Part shown: positions 8,617-16,708 of the stretch, in pieces
Layout: each line of letters begins with the position of its first letter
How positions within the stretch are numbered: position 1 is the first letter of the stretch
IMG/VR virus record: IMGVR_UViG_3300001687_000015
Coordinates: 3,403-67,402 of that record
DNA: 64,000 bases
Source of the DNA: a virus
Lineage: Duplodnaviria > Caudoviricetes
Direction: 5' to 3' (one strand)
The notes under the pieces: generated by a model
What the model saw: only the letters and a program-made list of their open reading frames with translations
What the model was told of the DNA's origin: nothing
Databases searched by the model: none
Translations under genes and position numbers: made by a program

Positions 8617-10813
8617 GTTGCTCCCCGCAGAGGGGGATCTCCAGGTTGGCTACAGAGTATTTGAATTACTGGAAAAGGTCATCAGTTTCAAAAATGAGTT
8701 GGGCCTCGCAGCCAAGTGGAACCGGCACTATGAGCTTTCCAAAAATAAACATTGGAAGCAGGATTCCAAAAAGGCCACACTTATCACCGCGAATCTCCTT
8801 TTCGCACACCGCAGCCGCACCGTAAACACCCTCACCGACAACAACCCCACCTTCAACATCCAGCACATTGGCGAGACAGACGAGACAAAGGAGGAGATCC
8901 TCTTAAATCTCCTACGCACCTCTGAATTCTGGTGGGGTGACCAGGAGCAGCAGGGAGTGCTGGAGCAGAGTATCCAAAACGGTGAGACATATGGCTGCAC
9001 GATTGAAAAGGTAATCTTCAACGAGGAGCTTGAGTACGGCATAGGCGAGGTCGAAACCGTCCTGGTTCCAGGCTATCACTTCGGCATGTACCCAGTGAAA
9101 TGCATGGATGTCCAGAAAGCGGAGGCTGTGTTCCATTTCTGGCCCATGTCGGTCAGAGAGGCCCGAAGAAGGTGGCCGGAGGTGGCAGAGCATATCACCA
9201 GTGATAAGCAACTCTTGGATGAGTTGGGTGATGAAAGGATCGAGGTTAGCGCCAATACTCGCGGCAAGCTCAAAGGGTATTTCTCAACGATCTCAGGCGT
9301 TGTGAAAAACATGCTCAATGTGACCGGCGAGAGCCACGGTGAAGATGACGAGCTACTGGTGGTCGAATGCTGGGCCAAAGACTACACCAGGGAGACTGAC
9401 GGCGTGAAATCCTGGGACAAATACCCTGGCAACATCAGGTGCGTAACCACCCTGAATGGCGGCAAGATCGTCTGCTCTGACCGGCCCAACCCTTCCATCA
9501 ACCCCAATCTGCCACCCAGAGAAGCCAGAAACACCTACCTTTTCGACAAGTATCCGTTTTCCTTCACCCAATCAGTTACAGACACCGCGAATCCATGGGG
9601 GATGAGTGACTATGAACAGCTACAGGGACTCCAAATCGAACTCAACAAAACTCTCTCTCAGTTCACTCTCATCAAAGATAAACTCTCTAGGCTTAAAATC
9701 AAAAACCCCCAGGACAGTGGGGTTGATAATTCCGAGTTCACGAATGCTCCAGGCATCATTAACCCAGCTAACGCCATGGTCAGTGAAGCGATCAAGTACA
9801 TGGATCTCCCCAATGTACCCTTTCAAGATCTATCTGCGGCCTTGGGCATTTACAAGGATTTCTTCTACCTCGTAGCTGGCACCTTTGAGCTTGAACAGGC
9901 CCAGACCCCAGGCCGCGAGGTCATCGCTTACAAGGCGATTGCCACCCTCTTGGAGAGGGCCGCGACCATGATGCGCGGCAAAATCCGCTCGTACTCCAAG
10001 ATGATCCGAATGCGTGGCCGCATGTACCTCTCGCATGTCATGAACTGGTACACCACTGAACGCTGGATCTCCTACGAGATCGAAGGCGAAGAGATGACCA
10101 CAGCGATCAGGGGAACCAAGATGGTCATCCCCTCCAAGCTCAATGTGATCTCAGGCTCCACGCTCCCGCGTAGCAAGATTGCAGAGCGCGAGGAGGCCAT
10201 GGAACTCTACGGCCAGCAAGCCATCGACAACCAGGAGCTTCTCAAGAAACTGGAGTGGCCCAACTGGCGGGAGGTGATCAAGCGGATGCAACTGGGGCCG
10301 CTGGGGGATCTCTTGGAGAAGCTGGAGAAGATAGGCACCCCGCCACCGTTGATCGAATTCATGGCAGAGGCCCAGCAGATCGATATGAAAGATTTTGATT
10401 TTATGCTTGAGCGCGGCCAGATCCCTACGATACAACAACTCCTGACTCCGGAAGATATGCAGCAGCAGATTCCACCAACCGATCAGGCCGAGGTCGAGAA
10501 AACCATGGCCGAAGTGCAGAAGATCTTTGCCGAAATCGCACTCACCCAGGAGAAGGCCAGAACAGAACAGGTCGAGCAAGCAGTGAAACTGGCCGGTGTG
10601 GAGTTTGATCAGGAGAAATTGCGTATCGAGAAAGCCAAGGTGGCCGGAGATATCAGGGCCACCGAGGAGGAACTTAAACTCAAGGAAAAAGACATCGATA
10701 CTACCCTTGAAGCAGCCAAGATCAAGGGTGGCAACGGTGATGCCACCAAAACCGCCAAGAAGCGTGAGCAGGGGCCGCACATAGAAAAGGGACTCAAATC
10801 AGACAATGAGTAA
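8552..10813 (+). CDS. portal protein (P22/podovirus-like, ~750 aa)
   Basis: Size, position between terL and scaffold/capsid, helical core, long C-terminal coiled coil; GGAGG 8541-8545 supports ATG 8552. Confidence 0.88.
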   Translation: MATVDLKGTAPAPDKHLQLTSELLPAEGDLQVGYRVFELLEKVISFKNELGLAAKWNRHYELSKNKHWKQDSKKATLITANLLFAHRSRTVNTLTDNNPTFNIQHIGETDETKEEILLNLLRTSEFWWGDQEQQGVLEQSIQNGETYGCTIEKVIFNEELEYGIGEVETVLVPGYHFGMYPVKCMDVQKAEAVFHFWPMSVREARRRWPEVAEHITSDKQLLDELGDERIEVSANTRGKLKGYFSTISGVVKNMLNVTGESHGEDDELLVVECWAKDYTRETDGVKSWDKYPGNIRCVTTLNGGKIVCSDRPNPSINPNLPPREARNTYLFDKYPFSFTQSVTDTANPWGMSDYEQLQGLQIELNKTLSQFTLIKDKLSRLKIKNPQDSGVDNSEFTNAPGIINPANAMVSEAIKYMDLPNVPFQDLSAALGIYKDFFYLVAGTFELEQAQTPGREVIAYKAIATLLERAATMMRGKIRSYSKMIRMRGRMYLSHVMNWYTTERWISYEIEGEEMTTAIRGTKMVIPSKLNVISGSTLPRSKIAEREEAMELYGQQAIDNQELLKKLEWPNWREVIKRMQLGPLGDLLEKLEKIGTPPPLIEFMAEAQQIDMKDFDFMLERGQIPTIQQLLTPEDMQQQIPPTDQAEVEKTMAEVQKIFAEIALTQEKARTEQVEQAVKLAGVEFDQEKLRIEKAKVAGDIRATEEELKLKEKDIDTTLEAAKIKGGNGDATKTAKKREQGPHIEKGLKSDNE

Positions 10814-11024
10814 CCTCATTCACCTCCTGAAACCTATCGCCCTTGAAAGGGCCGCTCTGGTTGACCTGGGCCGCATCCTGGTGGCCACTGCCACGGTTGA
10901 GTTTATCGATGCCACCAGGGTAATGGTCACCTTGAGTGAGGGAGGGGAAGTTAGGCGCTCCCGCGAGATGAAGAAAGGAGACAACCTGGAAATCGCCCTT
11001 GAGGTTTTCTTGAGGAACAAGTAA
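10806..11024 (+). CDS. hypothetical protein
   Basis: Overlaps the portal stop; globular composition. Confidence 0.6.
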   Translation: MSNLIHLLKPIALERAALVDLGRILVATATVEFIDATRVMVTLSEGGEVRRSREMKKGDNLEIALEVFLRNK

Positions 11025-11272
11025 TGGTCTGTGAATCCATCTTGTATCTTTCGATAATCTATTTGGGATTGGGACTATGCTGGTGGTACGTCATATTGCT
11101 GGCAGTAGAGAAACCGAGGCCGAAACTTGTCTGCTACCTGTGGTGGCCATTGCTGCTGTGGCGACCAGAGATCTTCGCAATCTATTGAGATGCCGCCACA
11201 ACATGGTTGAGTCCTGGTGTGCCATTTGTCTGGGCTATCCGATTATGGGAGATGGCCTGGATCTGGAAGTAA
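11024..11272 (+). CDS. Trp-rich membrane protein with in-frame TGA at 11186-11188 (not in ORF track)
   Basis: TAATG overlap; MVCESILYLSIIYLGLGLCWWYVILL...IFAIY*DAATTWLSPGVPFVWAIRLWEMAWIWK*. Confidence 0.35.
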
Positions 11273-11358
11273 TTTTGTCTGGAGTTACATATGCCTATCT
11301 CAGGTTTTGACAGGAAATCATAGTAGCCTCCATCAAAGTGAGCGCAGAAAGGTTAAGA

Positions 11359-11763
11359 ATGCCCATCTATGACTATTTGTGTCAAGACAAAAGCTGCGGT
11401 GCGATTACCGAGAGATATGCGGGACTTGAAGATGAGATTCTGGCTTGTGAGCAGTGCGCGTCCGATGCCTATCGCATTATCTCTGTGTCGGGTCAATATT
11501 GCGCTAATGAAGATGCTGCCTGGATCAAATCCGTTCTTGAGGTGGTGGACAAAGATCCTTCTAAGCCACATTGCGTTGAGTTTCGTAAAAATCCTACGCG
11601 ATCAAACTGGAAAGCGTGGATGAAAGGGGAAGGCATCAGGCCAGCCGGAGATACTTACCATGGTGGCCCGATGACGGCGCAGAAGCCACCAGAGCCGGAC
11701 ATGAGCCGAGTGCATAAAGAAGTGTGGGAAAAACACAGGAAACGCACGAGAATCGAGATCTAA
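11359..11763 (+). CDS. FmdB-like zinc-ribbon protein
   Basis: MPIYDYLC...C...CEQC...RIIS N-terminus typical of the FmdB/Zn-ribbon_8 family. Confidence 0.8.
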   Translation: MPIYDYLCQDKSCGAITERYAGLEDEILACEQCASDAYRIISVSGQYCANEDAAWIKSVLEVVDKDPSKPHCVEFRKNPTRSNWKAWMKGEGIRPAGDTYHGGPMTAQKPPEPDMSRVHKEVWEKHRKRTRIEI

Positions 11764-11880
11764 TCCACATACTTATCGGGCGTGAGGAGGGCGATAGGGA
11801 TGTTGAGCTTAGAAATCTCCCAATCGATTTGGCGTGGCTCCTAATTCGCAACGCCAATGGGAATAGCGAGGTACTGAGAG

Positions 11881-12084
11881 ATGCCATTCGGTGTGGTCAG
11901 GCGGGGCAGCAAGTACGCTGTGGTATCCCCTCATGGCACCAAGGGAACGCACAGCAGCCGAGGACAGGCCGAAGCTCAAAAAAAAGCCATCGAGATGAAC
12001 TACTATGGCAAGCAGAAGGGAAGATCCCACCGCCGCAAGCGAAGGCGCAAGCGTCTGGCCCAAGCTGGACGGCGAAGGGGGTGA
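11881..12084 (+). CDS. small Arg-rich basic protein
   Basis: SD gagg; C-terminal HRRKRRRKRLAQAGRRRG. Confidence 0.65.
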   Translation: MPFGVVRRGSKYAVVSPHGTKGTHSSRGQAEAQKKAIEMNYYGKQKGRSHRRKRRRKRLAQAGRRRG

Positions 12085-12171
12085 GAGGTGAGTTGTCTGG
12101 ATTATCTCTTGAAGCCAGTTGCCACCGTGCCGTGACTCCTGAAGAGATTCGCAAACGAGCGAAAGAGATCT

Positions 12172-12543
12172 GTGAAAATTGAAATCGAGATTCCTGAGTG
12201 GGCGCAAGACCGGAACATTTTGGTCTTGGCAGGATTTGAGTTCATCGGCTGCATTCCCTTGAAGAAGGGGAATAGCAATTATCTCATGAAAACAGAAAGG
12301 TGTGGCCGGTGCGGCGAATGCTGCAAAATGCCGTATCTCGCGAACCTCAAGCTTCCGCTCAAGGAAAATGGTGAATGCGAGTTCCTGACCCAGGAGGATG
12401 GCCTCTTCTCCTGCGGCCTGGGTTCAACCAAGCCGCTTGCCTGTGTCTGTGGGGAGCCGAAAGCCCCAGGATGCAAAACGAATTGGGAGACTTATCATGG
12501 AGGAAATGACCATCCGGATACCGGATTGGGCGAAGAAACATAA
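12172..12543 (+). CDS. CxxCxxCC (YkgJ/FliB-type) cysteine-cluster protein, paralog 1
   Basis: CGRCGECC...CEFL...C...KPLACVCGEP...C. Confidence 0.75.
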   Translation: MKIEIEIPEWAQDRNILVLAGFEFIGCIPLKKGNSNYLMKTERCGRCGECCKMPYLANLKLPLKENGECEFLTQEDGLFSCGLGSTKPLACVCGEPKAPGCKTNWETYHGGNDHPDTGLGEET

Positions 12544-12856
12544 CCTGTTCCTGTTTCATGGCATGGAGCTTGTGGCGGTCAAAAGGCCAACTGGGGAATG
12601 GGTACTCAAGGATAATCGCTGTTCTCGATGTGGCTCTTGCTGTGCGGATCGGCATCTGGGAAACCTTCCCATGCCAAGAAATGAGCAGGGCTTTTGCATG
12701 TTCCTTTCTCATGAGGACGGCAAGCCATTCTGCTCGTGGAAACAAGCGCGCCCCTTTGCTTGCTGCATCGGGGAGCCGAAATTTGAGCCGAATTGCACAG
12801 TGACCTGGAGGCATATGTACGATGTTGAATCCCCCGAAGATCAAAGGGCTGAGTGA
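12497..12856 (+). CDS. CxxCxxCC (YkgJ/FliB-type) cysteine-cluster protein, paralog 2
   Basis: CSRCGSCC...CMFL...C...RPFACCIGEP...C; N-terminus IRIPDWA matches IEIPEWA of paralog 1; gggag SD before ATG 12497. Confidence 0.75.
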   Translation: MEEMTIRIPDWAKKHNLFLFHGMELVAVKRPTGEWVLKDNRCSRCGSCCADRHLGNLPMPRNEQGFCMFLSHEDGKPFCSWKQARPFACCIGEPKFEPNCTVTWRHMYDVESPEDQRAE

Positions 12857-13457
12857 CAGGGAATACGAGCTTGTTGAGCAGGTACTCGACTACATCCCTT
12901 ATTTCTTCAACCAACCGCGAGTCTTGTACATCGGAGCCAATCGGGACGAGTTTCTATTCCACCAGTACTTCCGACAGGCGAATAAGGTTTTTAGGGAGAA
13001 GGTTGTCAGCCTCATGGCTTTCCCCCCAAGGGTCGATGTGATGGAGATTGATCGTGAGCGCTGCATGGATATTAAAAGGCTCCATGGGGATTGGCTGAAT
13101 GCGGTGCTGCAGGGCGATGTCACCGAGATCAGTTATGTGCCGAATCTGAAGAAATACTATGAGTTGATCGTCTGGGCCTATGGCCCCTCAGTTGTCCCGC
13201 GAGAACAGGTTTGGGCTGCGATTTACAACCTGGAACTCATGGGGGGTATCATCGTTCTCATGACCCCTTGGGGGAAATACCAGTACCCCGACAATGTGGA
13301 CGTTCATCCCCTCGATAAAAACATCACCGAGTTTCGCCCAATCGAGTTCTTGCGGCGCGGCTATGCCGTGCATTGCATGGGAGAAAGAGACACCAGGGGC
13401 AGCAACCTCATGGCATGGAAAGTCCTTTACCGAGAAGACAAGGAGGGTTGGATATGA
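12822..13457 (+). CDS. class I SAM-dependent methyltransferase-like protein
   Basis: Motif I VLYIGA, acidic strand 2 VDVMEID, VLQGDV, YYELIVW strand 4. Confidence 0.7.
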   Translation: MLNPPKIKGLSDREYELVEQVLDYIPYFFNQPRVLYIGANRDEFLFHQYFRQANKVFREKVVSLMAFPPRVDVMEIDRERCMDIKRLHGDWLNAVLQGDVTEISYVPNLKKYYELIVWAYGPSVVPREQVWAAIYNLELMGGIIVLMTPWGKYQYPDNVDVHPLDKNITEFRPIEFLRRGYAVHCMGERDTRGSNLMAWKVLYREDKEGWI

Positions 13458-13900
13458 AAAAACGACACAGAGTACTGGCATTCGCAATCGCATTGGTTTT
13501 CTTCCTCACATCACCAGCTTTCGCATTCACTTGGGTCACCGCCAATCAAGCAACCGTCCAGTGGGATGCTGTTACAACCGATGTTGACGGCGATCCACTG
13601 ACAGCAGGGACTCATGCGGAGTACAAGGTATTTCTAGTGAACAAAATTACTGACCCAGGTAAGACGAATCCAGCAGAGGTCGTACAGACCGATTTGCTTG
13701 AGTTTACGATCACACTCAACACCAAGGGCCAATATCTTGTGGGAGTCAAAACGGTTCAAATTGAGGACTCTACTGGTGACCTATTGGCTGAGAGCGCAAT
13801 GTCATGGTCAGATATCCCTGCCGACTGCCAAGGTGGAGTCGATTTTGGGCTAAGGTTCTTTGCCGCCCTGCAAAAGACGCTTATCGGGCCGAAACCGTAG
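13454..13900 (+). CDS. secreted/exported beta-sandwich (FN3-like) protein
   Basis: Signal peptide MKKRHRVLAFAIALVFFLTSPAFA; ATVQWD...YKV...LNTKGQYLVGVKT FN3-like pattern. Confidence 0.65.
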   Translation: MKKRHRVLAFAIALVFFLTSPAFAFTWVTANQATVQWDAVTTDVDGDPLTAGTHAEYKVFLVNKITDPGKTNPAEVVQTDLLEFTITLNTKGQYLVGVKTVQIEDSTGDLLAESAMSWSDIPADCQGGVDFGLRFFAALQKTLIGPKP

Positions 13901-13940
13901 TCTGTACGATAACCTGGAAGGTGAAGAACCGCTAACGAAA

Positions 13941-14135
13941 ATGGGCAACGACATACTCCAGAAACTGTCTGAATATTTGGTGAATTTGACAAGTCTGAAA
14001 TTTTCAGGCAGACTAATAATAACGCTTGATTATCATCAAGGTGGTATCCGGTGCGCCTCGCGCACCATTGAAGAAAGACTCACTGTAAGCACCATAACAG
14101 GGACAATGGCTTGCAGTGATCCGAACCCTGAGTAG
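13941..14135 (+). CDS. small hypothetical protein
   Basis: Start re-called to ATG 13941; KFSGRLIITLDYHQGGI. Confidence 0.5.
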   Translation: MGNDILQKLSEYLVNLTSLKFSGRLIITLDYHQGGIRCASRTIEERLTVSTITGTMACSDPNPE

Positions 14136-14172
14136 CTCACAAATCTCCTCTCCGAGTTTGTGACTCTGCTAA

Positions 14173-14211
14173 AGGCTCGATTCCCCGAAAGGGAGTCGGG
14201 CCTTTTTTTTT
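14173..14211 (+). terminator. intrinsic terminator-like hairpin upstream of scaffold gene
   Basis: 13-bp stem aggctcgattccc/gggagtcgggcct (two GU pairs) followed by T9. Confidence 0.75.
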
Positions 14212-14238
14212 GTTCACCCTAACCCATGTGGAGGCTTC

Positions 14239-15165
14239 ATGAGTCAGGAGCAACAAACGGACGCTAAAGGCCAAGGAGGGGCATCGTCCACCCCAGCGAC
14301 CTCTGCTGATGGCGACCTCGTCCACACCGTGGATATGGGAATCCCAACGATTCCCGAAGGCGGTGGGGATGCCGATCCCGAAGGGGCGAATAACACTGGA
14401 GGCGACAAAGCGGAACCTGATGCAAAAGCCAAGGGGGATGACAAAGGCGATGCCGATGACAAGGGCGATGGCTCTGATGATCGGTTCGACAAGCATCCCC
14501 GATTCCAGCAACTGAATGACCGTGTGAAAAAGGCTGAGGCCGACAATTACGCGCTCAGACAGGAACTGGAAGAGTTCAAGGCCGCGAAACCCTCCGGTGA
14601 TGTTTCGGCTAGGGATCAGGAGCCAACCTTCAAGAATGTTCAGGAGATGTCGGACGAGGAACTTCTTGAATGGCAGCAATCTGATCCGAAGGGCTACCAC
14701 GCAAATCTGCTGGCTCAAGCCAAACACGAGATGGGCCAGGACGTAAGCCAGAGCCTGGATAAGCAGACCTACGAGGCTGCTATTGAGAGGACTTTTGATG
14801 GGTTTGCCGAGAAAAACCCAGAGTTTGACGCAATGTGGGATCGAGGCGAACTCCAGGCTTACATGAACAAGCACCCTGGTCACAATGCCATCTCTGCCTA
14901 TCACGAGCTAACGCAGGAAAAACGCATCGCGGATGCCGTGGAGAAAGCCAAAGACGAGGCCAAAAAAGAAGCCGAGAAAGAGTTCCAAGAGAACCTCAAG
15001 ACACGGCGCGAGGCCCAGGTGCTTTCCAGTGGCCCATCTCCCGCTTCAGGGACAGTCGATACGATACCTCCGGAGCTTCAAGACACCAAAAAATTCGGTG
15101 GCCGTACTAGCGTCCTCGCTAAACGGAGTGAAGCACGGCGGTTAGCCCGACAGCAGGGAAGCTAG
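14239..15165 (+). CDS. capsid scaffolding protein
   Basis: Acidic low-complexity N-terminus, coiled coils (HPRFQQLNDR), basic C-terminus; directly upstream of the capsid gene. Confidence 0.8.
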   Translation: MSQEQQTDAKGQGGASSTPATSADGDLVHTVDMGIPTIPEGGGDADPEGANNTGGDKAEPDAKAKGDDKGDADDKGDGSDDRFDKHPRFQQLNDRVKKAEADNYALRQELEEFKAAKPSGDVSARDQEPTFKNVQEMSDEELLEWQQSDPKGYHANLLAQAKHEMGQDVSQSLDKQTYEAAIERTFDGFAEKNPEFDAMWDRGELQAYMNKHPGHNAISAYHELTQEKRIADAVEKAKDEAKKEAEKEFQENLKTRREAQVLSSGPSPASGTVDTIPPELQDTKKFGGRTSVLAKRSEARRLARQQGS

Positions 15166-15201
15166 TCTAGTTTGCCACCGTCTGTGCGGAGGTAAACTGC
15201 C

Positions 15202-16176
15202 ATGGCTCTGCCATTTGAAGAACTGGAAGCGATCACCAACGATTACTTCATGGCAGATGGTGGCAAGGCGATTGACATCTACTTCTACACCTCCTTCCTG
15301 CTTAACTACTTGATGCAGCAACAAAAAGGCATCTGGGAGAGGCCGGATGGTGGTCAGAAGATTCGCATTCCGTTGGAATACGATGGGCAAGAGGCACACT
15401 TCTATGTCAAAGGCGACACGGTTGTCTCCGATGACAGAGAATCGATCAACGCCGCGTATTTCGATTGGAAACATTGCTACGGCAATGCCACCGTCTACCG
15501 CATCGATACCCTGAAGAACGCTGGCCCCTACCAGGAAGTTTCCCTGGTCGAGCAAAGGGTAGCTGGCGCTCAAAAATCTCTCACCAAGCTTCTCGCCGGA
15601 AGTATCTATGACGGCCCTGGCGGCGATAACGCCAGACTCACCGGCCTCAAAGCTTGTTGCGAGGAAACCTCTGCCCTTGCCTACGGAGCCATCGCTGAAG
15701 ACGAACTCGTCAGCGCGGATGGCACCAAGCCGTGGGAAGGCAAGAGGACAACCACCTCTACCACCCTCACCCTCAACGTCATCCGAACTGCGGCCTCTGC
15801 GGCCAAGATTCGGGACGGCGTTGGCGGCAAGCCGAATTTGATGGTCACCACAGAGACACTTTTCAACATCATTGCTGACATCTTACAGGTACAGCAACGG
15901 TACGTTGACGGCAAGATGACGGTCAAAGCTGGTTTTGTGGGGCTTCACTTTGAAGGAAAGGACATCTTTCCCGATGATTTCTGTCCTTCAAGCCATGCGT
16001 TCTTGATAAACAGCCGCCATGTTGGCTTCGCTGTCCATCAGAACGGCTACTACATGAGGGCGCGCTGGAAGGTCATCCCTGACAGCCCTGAAGACCGCAC
16101 CATGAAAATCTACTGGGACGGCAACATGGTTGTCAACAACCGCAAGGGCCACATCTGCTACTCAGCCTTGAGCTAG
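15202..16176 (+). CDS. major capsid protein (HK97 fold)
   Basis: 324 aa after the scaffold; N-terminal helix, E-loop-like GGQKIRIPLEY, terminal strands KIYWDGNMVVNNRKGH. Confidence 0.85.
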   Translation: MALPFEELEAITNDYFMADGGKAIDIYFYTSFLLNYLMQQQKGIWERPDGGQKIRIPLEYDGQEAHFYVKGDTVVSDDRESINAAYFDWKHCYGNATVYRIDTLKNAGPYQEVSLVEQRVAGAQKSLTKLLAGSIYDGPGGDNARLTGLKACCEETSALAYGAIAEDELVSADGTKPWEGKRTTTSTTLTLNVIRTAASAAKIRDGVGGKPNLMVTTETLFNIIADILQVQQRYVDGKMTVKAGFVGLHFEGKDIFPDDFCPSSHAFLINSRHVGFAVHQNGYYMRARWKVIPDSPEDRTMKIYWDGNMVVNNRKGHICYSALS

Positions 16177-16185
16177 GAGGCAGAG

Positions 16186-16431
16186 ATGCCCAATTACGCG
16201 GTTTCATATTACGCAACCCCTCTGGGAACCCACGCAGAGGTGGAAGCTGAATTGGAAACGGTGGTCGAGTCTCTGGAAACCGGCAAGACCATCTATCTCC
16301 TGGGGATTAACAACACCTCCAGGGATCGTGACCAATGCATCGGCTTTCTCATTTGCGATGAGGTTCTCTGGACACAATCGGCCTCGCATGTCCTCACCGA
16401 CACTGGGCCGATTGCCTTAACCGAGGTGTAA
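16186..16431 (+). CDS. small head-associated protein, paralog A with C-terminal His-repeat unit
   Basis: 35/59 identity to 16436-16615 counted by eye; ends QSASHVLTDTGPIALTEV. Confidence 0.7.
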   Translation: MPNYAVSYYATPLGTHAEVEAELETVVESLETGKTIYLLGINNTSRDRDQCIGFLICDEVLWTQSASHVLTDTGPIALTEV

Positions 16432-16435
16432 ATCC

Positions 16436-16615
16436 ATGCCTAACTACGCCGTGGAGGATTTTACAACTTCACTTGGAACCCATGCGGAAGTTTTGGCGGC
16501 TCTAGAGACTCAGCTTGAGACTGTAGATGACACCAAGACTATTCGTCTGATTGGGGTCAATCCTACTGGGCGTGATCGTGATCAGGCGGTGGGTTTCATC
16601 ATCTACGACACTTAG
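16436..16615 (+). CDS. small head-associated protein, paralog B (59 aa, not in ORF track)
   Basis: MPNYAVEDFTTSLGTHAEVLAALETQLETVDDTKTIRLIGVNPTGRDRDQAVGFIIYDT*. Confidence 0.75.
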   Translation: MPNYAVEDFTTSLGTHAEVLAALETQLETVDDTKTIRLIGVNPTGRDRDQAVGFIIYDT

Positions 16616-16628
16616 CCATTTTGGCGAA

Positions 16629-16682
16629 CTGGCCCTCCTGACGCGAGAGCGTACTGTCCCAAGGAGGCTGGGCGAGGGCCAG
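16629..16682 (+). promoter_or_regulatory. structured intergenic RNA element (three-way junction candidate)
   Basis: ctggccctc/gagggccag closing stem; acgc-GAGA-gcgt GNRA hairpin; ccca/tggg arm around aggaggc. Confidence 0.45.
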
Positions 16683-16708
16683 CAATCAAGCTTCCCAAGG
16701 AGGCACTT

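Noticed and set aside
14137-14904. 255-aa minus-strand ORF
   Set aside because: Antisense shadow of the scaffold gene with no SD or recognisable motif
16629-16682. Hammerhead ribozyme
   Set aside because: Has CUGA and three stems but lacks the CUGAnGA and GAAA core
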